In this document: positions 12,440 to 20,600 of the stretch, piece after piece | Position numbering within the stretch: position 1 is the first letter of the stretch | Layout of the letters: the number at the start of each line of letters is the position of its first letter | Assembly (NCBI GenBank): GCA_001897825.1 | Contig: MKUM01000066.1 | Span: 8,687-72,686, forward strand | Direction: 5' to 3' | Length of the DNA: 64,000 bases | From: Candidatus Amoebophilus sp. 36-38 | GTDB taxonomy: Bacteria; Bacteroidota; Bacteroidia; Cytophagales; Amoebophilaceae | Program-made: the position numbers and the translations under genes | Notes under the pieces: generated by a model | Databases searched by the model: none | What the model saw: the letters and a program-made list of their open reading frames with translations, nothing else | Told to the model about the DNA's origin: nothing

Positions 12440-13000
12440 TTATAATATTTTCTCCACCTGTGAATAAGTAAGCTCGATAGGAGTATCTCTTTCAAAAATT
12501 TTAACTATAACATTTAATTTTTTACGCTCTTCAAATATTTCTTGTATACTACCTGTAAATCCATTAAAGGGGCCATCAACTATTTTAACAGTCTCTCCAA
12601 TTACAAACGGTTTATCGAGACCACTTTCTGAATCAGCTACTTCATCTACTCTACCTAGTATCTTATTAATCTCTTTTTCCCTCAATGGAATTGGCTGACT
12701 AGAACTTCCCCAACCTCTTGCTCCCAGAAAACCCATCGCGTTGGGAACTTCTTTAATTAAATGTCGCACACGGCCATCCGAGAGATCTGCATATAAAATG
12801 ATATACCCTGGAAAAAAATTACGTTCTCGCATTTGCTTCTTACCAGCTCGCATTTCATAAATTTTTTCAGAGGGTATGAGTATTTGACTAACGTAGCTTC
12901 TTAAACTTGCCTCTTCAAGTGCAACCTCTAGGTGCGATTTTACCACCTTTTCTTGCCCACTAACTACCTTTAGCACATACCATTTTTGATCACTCTTCAT
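12440..13000 (-). CDS. nusG: Transcription termination/antitermination factor NusG
   Basis: 186 aa. NGN domain (WYVLKVVSGQE) and KOW motif (GETVKIVDGPFNGFTGSI). Confidence 0.96.
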   Translation of the reverse strand: MKSDQKWYVLKVVSGQEKVVKSHLEVALEEASLRSYVSQILIPSEKIYEMRAGKKQMRERNFFPGYIILYADLSDGRVRHLIKEVPNAMGFLGARGWGSSSQPIPLREKEINKILGRVDEVADSESGLDKPFVIGETVKIVDGPFNGFTGSIQEIFEERKKLNVIVKIFERDTPIELTYSQVEKIL

Positions 13001-13036
13001 AAAAATTTATTAGCTTTCGATCCCTTCGTATCAGGG

Positions 13037-13240
13037 TTAAAACATATTATAAAACCAACCCATAGCATTTCGAATAATCAAGTCTACAACCCCAATCACA
13101 GCGGCAAAAATAACTGAAGCTACCAATACCAATACAGAACTTTCTTGCAAAGACTTATAAGAAGGCCAAGTAACTTTATACCTTACCTCCTGTACTGTAT
13201 CGATAATAAAAGCTTTTATTTTTTTCATCATATTTTGCAC
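13037..13240 (-). CDS. secE: Preprotein translocase subunit SecE
   Basis: Small single-TM protein between tRNA-Trp and nusG. The first ATG overlaps the tRNA by 3 nt, so Met4/Met5 (13231/13228) are more likely starts. Confidence 0.85.
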   Translation of the reverse strand: MQNMMKKIKAFIIDTVQEVRYKVTWPSYKSLQESSVLVLVASVIFAAVIGVVDLIIRNAMGWFYNMF

Positions 13241-13310
13241 GGGTGGAGAGACTCGAACTCCCAGCCAATGGTTTTGGAGACCACTACTCTGCCAATTGAG
13301 CTACACCCGT
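13238..13310 (-). tRNA. tRNA-Trp (anticodon CCA)
   Basis: Hand-folded cloverleaf. Acceptor ACGGGTG/CACCCGT, anticodon loop CTCCAAA, T-loop TTCGAGT. Confidence 0.9.
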
Positions 13311-13414
13311 ATGGTTAATCTCCAATCCGATTTGCTAATTTATGCAAGAGTTCTGTACAACCAAAAATTATATTAAATCGTTTGAACTAATCATTGAATA
13401 AGCTATCCAATTTT

Positions 13415-14602
13415 TTAGTCCAGTATTTCGATAATTTGTCCTGCACCTACCGTTCTACCTCCTTCGCGTATAGCAAACCTCAAGCCTTTTTCCATAGCTA
13501 TTTCATTGATCAATTCTATTTCTATAGCTATATTATCGCCAGGCATTACCATTTCCACGCCTGTTGGAAGTTTAACTTCTCCAGTAACGTCAGTAGTTCT
13601 AAAATAGAATTGAGGTCTATACTTGTTGAAGAACGGCGTATGTCGACCTCCTTCTTCTTTTGACAACACATATACTTCAGCTTTAAACTTGCGATGTGGT
13701 TTTACAGAACCAGGCTTACATATAACCATTCCACGGTGTATTTTCTCTTTGTCAATACCTCGTAGCAAAAGACCTACGTTATCGCCTGCTTCTCCTCTAT
13801 CAAGAAGTTTTCTAAACATTTCTACACCTGTTACAGTAGAAGTCAAATTTTTTGCACCCATCCCTATGATTTCTATAGAATCTCCTACTTTGATAATTCC
13901 TCGCTCTATTCTACCAGTTGCAACTGTACCACGACCAGTGATAGACATGGTATCTTCTACTGGAAGCAAGAAGTCACGATCTACAAGCCTTTGAGGTAAT
14001 GGAATATAATTATCTACAGTATCCATCAGTTGTTGCACTTTTTCTTCCCACTCTGGTTCACCATTTAGTGCTCCTAAGGCCGATCCACGAACAACAGGTA
14101 TATTAGCCCCATCAAACTTGTACTTATTTAGCAAGTCTCTTACCTCATCCTCAACCAAATCGATTAGATCTGGATCATCTACAGCATCTACTTTGTTTAA
14201 AAAAACAACGAGATAACGAATACCTACTTGGGAAGCAAGTAAAATATGCTCTCTTGTTTGTGGCATAGGACCATCTGTAGCAGCTACCACCAAGATAGCG
14301 CCGTCCATTTGAGCAGCACCTGTTATCATGTTTTTTACATAGTCTTGGTGACCTGGGCAATCCACGTGGGCATAGTGCCTAGTTTTTGTCTCATACTCTA
14401 CGTGAGCAGTATTAATCGTAATCCCCCTTTCTCTTTCTTCAGGAGCATTGTCAATAGAGCTAAATTCTCGTATTTGAGCCAAACCTTGCTTTGACAAAAC
14501 TTTGGTAATAGCAGCAGTCAAGGTTGTTTTTCCGTGGTCTACGTGACCAATTGTACCTATATTAAGATGCGGTTTTGAACGATCAAAAGTTTCTTTTGCC
14601 AT
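13415..14602 (-). CDS. tuf: Elongation factor Tu
   Basis: 395 aa. [15 protein letters not shown] and NKVD GTPase motifs. Confidence 0.99.
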   Translation of the reverse strand: MAKETFDRSKPHLNIGTIGHVDHGKTTLTAAITKVLSKQGLAQIREFSSIDNAPEERERGITINTAHVEYETKTRHYAHVDCPGHQDYVKNMITGAAQMDGAILVVAATDGPMPQTREHILLASQVGIRYLVVFLNKVDAVDDPDLIDLVEDEVRDLLNKYKFDGANIPVVRGSALGALNGEPEWEEKVQQLMDTVDNYIPLPQRLVDRDFLLPVEDTMSITGRGTVATGRIERGIIKVGDSIEIIGMGAKNLTSTVTGVEMFRKLLDRGEAGDNVGLLLRGIDKEKIHRGMVICKPGSVKPHRKFKAEVYVLSKEEGGRHTPFFNKYRPQFYFRTTDVTGEVKLPTGVEMVMPGDNIAIEIELINEIAMEKGLRFAIREGGRTVGAGQIIEILD

Positions 14603-14725
14603 GATTGAAAAATGGTTTATTTAAAATTCGGAAACAAATATAAAAAAATTAATTCGATTTAACCTAAAGGTTATACTATTTTCTCAACGACTTTGTTAGT
14701 AAGTGTACCAATTAGCCGATTAATG

Positions 14726-14797
14726 AGCCAATGACGGGACTTGAACCCGTGACCCCTTCCTTACCAAGGAAGTACTCTACCACTGAGCTACATCGGC
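14726..14797 (-). tRNA. tRNA-Thr (anticodon GGT)
   Basis: Acceptor GCCGATG/CATTGGC, anticodon loop TTGGTAA, T-loop TTCAAGT. Confidence 0.9.
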
Positions 14798-14807
14798 CTA
14801 TTAGGAG

Positions 14808-14880
14808 AGCGGGAGACGAGTCTCGAACTCGCAACCTACAGCTTGGAAGGCTGTCGCTCTACCAGTTGAGCTACTCCCGC
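14808..14880 (-). tRNA. tRNA-Gly (anticodon TCC)
   Basis: Acceptor GCGGGAG/CTCCCGC, anticodon loop CTTCCAA. Confidence 0.9.
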
Positions 14881-14951
14881 AATTTTCCTTGATGCTCTCC
14901 CCCACTAATCTATAACTAATTCATATACAACTGTGTATGAATCATCTACCG

Positions 14952-15034
14952 TGGGGAGAGAAGGATTCGAACCTTCGAAGTCTGACGACAACGGATTTAC
15001 AGTCCGCCCCATTTGGCCGCTCTGGCATCCCCCC
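14952..15034 (-). tRNA. tRNA-Tyr (anticodon GTA), long variable arm
   Basis: Acceptor GGGGGGA/TCTCCCC, anticodon loop CTGTAAA, 83 nt with extra arm. Confidence 0.88.
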
Positions 15035-15172
15035 TTATCTTTATCGACTAACAGGTGTATCTTTATAGCTTTAAAGCTACCGGCTAGATAAGCTGTAAAG
15101 GTATATATTTTTTATTATTCACAAAAATAATTAATCTAAAAAATTACTTAGGGTTTGCTGAAATTCCTTTAT

Positions 15173-15195
15173 GGCACAAGCGTGGACGCTTGCGC
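15173..15195. repeat. Small hairpin repeat gcacaagc-N6-gcttgcgc
   Basis: Recurs at 28619-28639 (inverted, one substitution) and at 28713-28734 (same arms, different loop). Confidence 0.7.
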
Positions 15196-15240
15196 TAGGT
15201 AGGCATAAAAATGTATAATATTTGACATTAGAAAATTTGC

Positions 15241-15465
15241 TTAGGTCTTCTTAAGAATACTCCCCCCACCAGACTTGCCTTTACCTTTGGAAGAGATAGC
15301 TAAACGGATTTTATAGAAGTTATGTCCGATAGCCGTGCCCTGTTCGGGACTATCGGCAAGGCTTTTCAGCAGTTCCGCCAAATCCTTTTTAAGTGAAGGA
15401 TATTTTCTAGCTAGTCGTTTTGCTTGCTTGTCAAAAAGTGGTATAGAAGAAATATTATAGCTCAT
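15241..15465 (-). pseudogene. RelE/ParE-family type II toxin, C-terminally truncated
   Basis: 74 aa ending ...YKIRLAISSKGKGKSGGGSILKKT. Homologues of this family continue about 25-30 aa past the KGKGKSGG motif. The 4-codon overlap with the upstream antitoxin ORF is typical of TA pairs. Confidence 0.6.
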
Positions 15466-15688
15466 TTAGCAATTCTTTTGCGGGGCAGGATTTCAGCTTT
15501 CCTTGTTCCACCAATTTAAGTTCTTGAACGGCTTCTTTTAGTTCATGCAAAATCTGTTCTTTGGTAGGTTCTTCATATTCCAAAGCATCCAAGTCCCGAT
15601 ATCTCTTTTTGAGCTCTTTCCATTCTTTGATAGGAATATAAACACCAGTGGCTTTACCCTTACTATCTTGTATTATCTGTAATCTCAT
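15455..15688 (-). CDS. Putative type II antitoxin (partner of the truncated RelE/ParE)
   Basis: Small acidic ORF (MRLQIIQDSKGKATGVYIPIKEWKELKK...) overlapping the toxin start. The ORF is open to 15730, but Met at 15688 fits the family length. Confidence 0.5.
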   Translation of the reverse strand: MRLQIIQDSKGKATGVYIPIKEWKELKKRYRDLDALEYEEPTKEQILHELKEAVQELKLVEQGKLKSCPAKELLNEL

Positions 15689-15812
15689 AATGTCTTGTCC
15701 TGAAATAGGTTTACACAAAAGAACTGACAAACATGAACAAAAACAAGAAGCGTAAAGTTATATTAGGACAAGACAAGCATTCAACACTTGTATCCACAAG
15801 TAAATTAAGAAA

Positions 15813-16202
15813 TTAATCTTTCTCTGCTATAAAATAACCTGGTGCTCCTTGTTTATATATCCATTCTTCTTTGTTGTTTAAGATTTTATCTATTTTCTCT
15901 TTATTTAGCAAAATATGTGAATTTTCCCATTCATTACTTTTTTGGCCTTTTATTTCAAATCCTATATATTCATACATACCCAAATTACATTCAGAAAATA
16001 AATTAACAACTTGGTTTTTTAATATCATAAAATCAGAATCATTAATGCGATAATTCTCTGGATGTTTACCAATTCCACCTTCATTTGTTATAAGTTCGAT
16101 TCCTTTTTCTATTTCTAAAAAATATGGTATTAGCAAAATAAAAGTATACTCACCTGTTTCTTCTATCTCTTCTAAAACATATTTTTGAAAATCACTCAGC
16201 AT
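15813..16202 (-). CDS. Hypothetical protein; putative immunity protein of the orphan C-terminal cassette (by position)
   Basis: 129-aa ORF starting 8 nt after the stop of the orphan cassette. No recognisable motif. Confidence 0.45.
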   Translation of the reverse strand: MLSDFQKYVLEEIEETGEYTFILLIPYFLEIEKGIELITNEGGIGKHPENYRINDSDFMILKNQVVNLFSECNLGMYEYIGFEIKGQKSNEWENSHILLNKEKIDKILNNKEEWIYKQGAPGYFIAEKD

Positions 16203-16209
16203 ATTTATT

Positions 16210-17148
16210 TTACTGTAATGTTGGGTTATTTTTTAAAGGAATTCTCTCCCATTTTTCATAGCCTCTTTTGAGATACGTACCCCTTTTTACACCAATAATA
16301 TTAGTACTATCTTTTAATTTTGATGCATTAACCTCTATAACTTTAATTACATCGGATTTATTAGTAGGATTTGTTGCTTTAAAACCAAGTTTGCCCTTCT
16401 TAAGACTTTCGATTTTCCAACCTTTTATCTGAAGGAACTCTTTAATTTCCGAAGGATATGCTCCTTTAAAAGTATTTTTATTATTTAGTTTAAATTTAAC
16501 TATGTTAGCCCCCTTACCCAGTTTACTTCCCCTTACCACCCTCTCTTCCACTTTCACCCCCTGCTGCACTTTCCTGAAAAACTGAGCTCCCTTACTAGCC
16601 CCTTTTGCTGCTCCTTTAAGAATTTCTCCTCCAAACAGAAATAGCACCATCTCTGCCATCATATAACTCAATATCCTATCTTGTCCTAGATAATAATTCT
16701 CTGCATCAAAGACAAATCGGAAAAGTTCTTGCTTCTTTTCTAGCTCCCGAACAGCTTGCATGCGCGCTTCATAGGCTATTGGATCTTCCCATGCTTGTTT
16801 GCCCTCATTAAATAAGATTTTGCAAATTTCTCCTAAGTTGGCACAACCCTCTTTAATACCCAACTTATCCTCCCATTTAACCAACGACTCTACTCCCTTA
16901 ACTCCTAATTTAGCTAATAATACAGGTAAATCTACTACAAGCGCTTTGCCCATATCATAGAAGCTTTCTCCAAAACCTTTTATTCCCGCAACAGCCCTTC
17001 TTATCCCACTGGGTCGGTTAGAGCAACCTAATAACTTACGTAATTCCTCCAGTAAATCCTTTTCGACTGTATCTGCTTCTCGATGAAATTTTTGAGCTTT
17101 CTGATCGGCTTCTTTTTTATATATGCCTTTTTCTGCCCCACCTAGGCC
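16210..17148 (-). CDS. Orphan, 5'-truncated toxin-like cassette: conserved pre-C-terminal block plus a distinct C-terminal domain
   Basis: The frame is open from 17148 and the first ATG is at 16953. Residues encoded by 16543-17148 align with aa 1338-1527 of the 1647-aa protein; the final 29 aa of that block are identical. The last ~110 aa are unrelated to the main protein's tip. Confidence 0.7.
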   Translation of the reverse strand, partial: GLGGAEKGIYKKEADQKAQKFHREADTVEKDLLEELRKLLGCSNRPSGIRRAVAGIKGFGESFYDMGKALVVDLPVLLAKLGVKGVESLVKWEDKLGIKEGCANLGEICKILFNEGKQAWEDPIAYEARMQAVRELEKKQELFRFVFDAENYYLGQDRILSYMMAEMVLFLFGGEILKGAAKGASKGAQFFRKVQQGVKVEERVVRGSKLGKGANIVKFKLNNKNTFKGAYPSEIKEFLQIKGWKIESLKKGKLGFKATNPTNKSDVIKVIEVNASKLKDSTNIIGVKRGTYLKRGYEKWERIPLKNNPTLQ

Positions 17149-17174
17149 TTAGATGTCAGCATAGTTTCCTCTGC

Positions 17175-17633
17175 TTATACCCTAAGTGCATCAGGTAGAG
17201 ACTTAGGCTTTAACCATAACGCCATGAGTTTGCCATCTTCTACAACAGCTACACAACCGCTAATAAATTCTACCGCCTCTTTCAATCGAAGTGGATCTCC
17301 TATGCATACACAACCCAATTCAATATTTATGTAAACAGGCCAATTGTCATCGTTAATTCCATACGCAAAACCATACTTTAAATCATGCTTAACTTTTAAA
17401 ATTCCAGTTTCAGATTTGGGAACTGTATAATCTGCTATCATTGATTTATCTAAACCACAAAAGCCACTTACGTGAATAATTTTATTATCCGAAACAGCCA
17501 AGCTAATTTTATTTAATATTAACTCCATATCCATTTTGCTTGCTATTTTTCCCATATAAAACGAACATTCTTCCGCAATATAAGTTAGCAAATGTTGCCG
17601 GATAATATTTCCGTATTCCACAATAAACTTCAT
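17175..17633 (-). CDS. Hypothetical protein; putative immunity protein of the 1647-aa toxin-like protein (by position)
   Basis: ORF track gives 17175-17663. Met at 17633 lies 8 nt after the upstream stop codon. No signal peptide. Confidence 0.5.
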   Translation of the reverse strand: MKFIVEYGNIIRQHLLTYIAEECSFYMGKIASKMDMELILNKISLAVSDNKIIHVSGFCGLDKSMIADYTVPKSETGILKVKHDLKYGFAYGINDDNWPVYINIELGCVCIGDPLRLKEAVEFISGCVAVVEDGKLMALWLKPKSLPDALRV

Positions 17634-17640
17634 ATATGAC

Positions 17641-20600
17641 TTATTTAAGTGCTTTAAAAACAAAGTGATAGATCATATTCGTTTCTGGATTAATACCTAA
17701 CTCAAATATACCTTTTGAACTTTGAAAAGAACCTAAAACTTTATAATTCATCCCACCTTTAAAATACATGTCAGGCACACCTTCACCTGACTTCATAATA
17801 TCAATAATAGTAGATGGGGAATTAATATATGGTCGTGTACCAATATTTTCGGCTACGGCCTTAGTAACTTTATATTCGCCCATTTTAATTGCTTCCTCAC
17901 CAATTTGTATACCTTTCCCCATTTCTCCCAGCTTTTTACCTTCTTCCATCAATTTAGCCCCTTCTGCAGCTCTCTCTACCAGTTTTACCCCCTCCACTAC
18001 CCCTTCCTCTACCTTCACCCCCTGCTGCACTTTTCTGAAAAACTGAGCACCCTTACTAGCCCCTTTTGCAGCTCCTTTAAGAATTTCTCCACCAAACAGA
18101 AATTGTATCATTTCTGCTCCTGCATATCCTATTATCCTATCTTGTCCTAAGTGATAATTCTCCGCATCAAATGCACGGCGGAAAAGATCTTGCCTCTTCT
18201 CAAGCTCTCGAACAGCTTGCATCCGTGCTTCATAGGCATCTGGGTCCTCCCAATCTTGCTTTACTTGATCAAACAAGGCTTTGCAGGCTTTTCCTAAGTT
18301 GATACACCCTTCCTTAACACCTAACTTATCCCCCCACTTAATTAATGACTCTATTTCTTTAACTTCTACTTTTGCTAATAATATGGGTAAATCTACTAAA
18401 AACGTCTTGCCTGTGTCATAAAAACTTTCTCCAAATCCCTTAATACCCTCGGCTGTTCTCCTTTCTCCTCTAGGTGTATTCGGACATCCTAATGCAGCAC
18501 GCAACGGCTCAAGTATTTCCTTTTTGATAGCATCTGCTTCTTGTTTATATTCATGTGCTTTAGCTACTCCAGCCGAAGTATTATAACGTGTTCCTGCAGT
18601 CCTAATTAACTCATCGTTACTTTTTTCTTCTGCTTCCCTTCTCAAAACAGCTACTTGTATACCTAGCTCTATACTTTGCTGATAAAGTGGATGGCTGTGG
18701 AAGTTGGCCAGTTGTTCTTTGTGTAAAGCTTTTAAAAGTACACTATTCGGATTTTGTTTTATATTTTCCTGGATCATCAGTAAGCCTTCTCTTAGTTTGG
18801 TAAAGTCAGCATCTTTTTCACAGGCCGTAAGATGAGCTTTAATCTCAGTTACTAATTTCTCCTTAACTGCCGCCTCTGTACTTTGCTTATCTTTTTCCTC
18901 CGCTTTCTTTTTAGCTTCTTCTTCGACTTTCTTCTTGGCTTCTTCCTCGTTTTTGCGAGCTTCTCCCTTTTCTTCTTCTTTCTCCTCCTGCTCCTTTTCT
19001 TTGCCCTTATCTTCATTTTCTCTATTAGTGGCTACATCTTCTTCCTTTTCTTTTCCAGCTCCTTCTTTGTCTTCTTTTTCACCCCTACTAGTCGTTCCTT
19101 CTTCTGGCAAAATCTCAACCTCTATATCTACGGTGTCTAATAACTTCTGCAAATCAACTTTGTTGTTCTCATCTGGGAAAAGCTCTTGTAGTTTTGATAG
19201 ATTTAACCCTGGCTTAGGAGCTATTGTTAGACTATATTTTTCTACAGGCTTTCCGGTCTTCCTAGCTATTTCCTCTTTCTCTTCATCTAGTTGCTTTTTA
19301 ATATACTGAGCGGCTTGCTGTAAAGCTGATTTGTACTTGGCTAATAATCCTTTTCTTTGGCTATAATCTCTAATGACCCCTTCTACTTGGCTTTTGGCTT
19401 CTTGCAAGTTGGCTAGGCTTCCACTTTTATCCTGCTTGGTCTGTAATTCTTCTAAACGCCTGATAGCTGCTTCTATCTTAGGTTTTACCTCTTTTGCTTT
19501 GGCAACAATCACAGCTTCATCTACTCTTTCATCTTGCAATCTATTGAGCTCTTCTGCTAAAGGGCCTATTTCTCTATTTCCTTCATCGATCAATGCATCA
19601 TAATTGGCTTTATCTTGGTAACTCTCAAGTATTTCTGCTACTTTTTTATATCCTTTTTCAAATTCTTCCAGGACTTGTTTTAGTGACGATCTGCTAATAA
19701 AGCTATACTTTTCATATGACTTTACTATGGTTTCATAAGCTTTAAACTGCTCTTGAGCCCTCAGACCTTCCTCTAAGCTATTTATTTTGAGGTGTCCAAA
19801 TTTTTCTTGAACCTCATCTAACAGTTTATCCCATTCTTTTCTAATCTTGGTTTCTTCTGCTTTCTTTTCTTTTTCTAGCTTATCTAACTTTTCTTTTTGT
19901 TCATTAATAATTTGTTCAACCTCTTTGATAATCCCTCTTAAATTTCCTATTATTTTATCTCGATTATGTTCATATCTTCTTACTCGTTCTATCATCTCTT
20001 CGAGCTTGTCTTTGAATTTATTTGCTTCTTGTATAGTCGCCAATGGATCATTCCCTGACTTAGCCAGCTCTCCTGTCCTAGCTCCTGCTCGGTCAACTTC
20101 CTCATTGATATTTTTAATGAAGATTTTATGCTCTTCTAATTTAATTTTCTCTTCCATCTCCTTCTCCATACCCAACAAATAATCTAAATTCTCTTTTTTA
20201 TCTTGCTTAGTTTTATAATCTCTTAAACGTTGGATAACTTCTTGTAGTTTTTTTCTAAACTTGTTTCCTTCTTCTACAATTGCCGCTGAATTGGTTCCTT
20301 CTTTTATTAATTGGTTAACTTTCTCTATTGCTTTTTCCAACTCTTTATTGCTTCCCTCAACAAAAGCGTTATAATTCATTAAATCTATAGCGGCTAATTT
20401 TAAAGGCTCGCTACTTTTTAGCTTAAAATTTATTCTAGTTGCCTCACTATCCTGCATCCCTCTTCCTTTACCTACAATTACTGCTTCCATAATTTCCAAA
20501 AATTTTTCTATGGATGCGGTTTCATTATCAGGAAATACAGCCTCAAATTCTTGATAAGAAACTATGTTCTTGCCCTCTTTAGGACGCACTTCTACATCAT

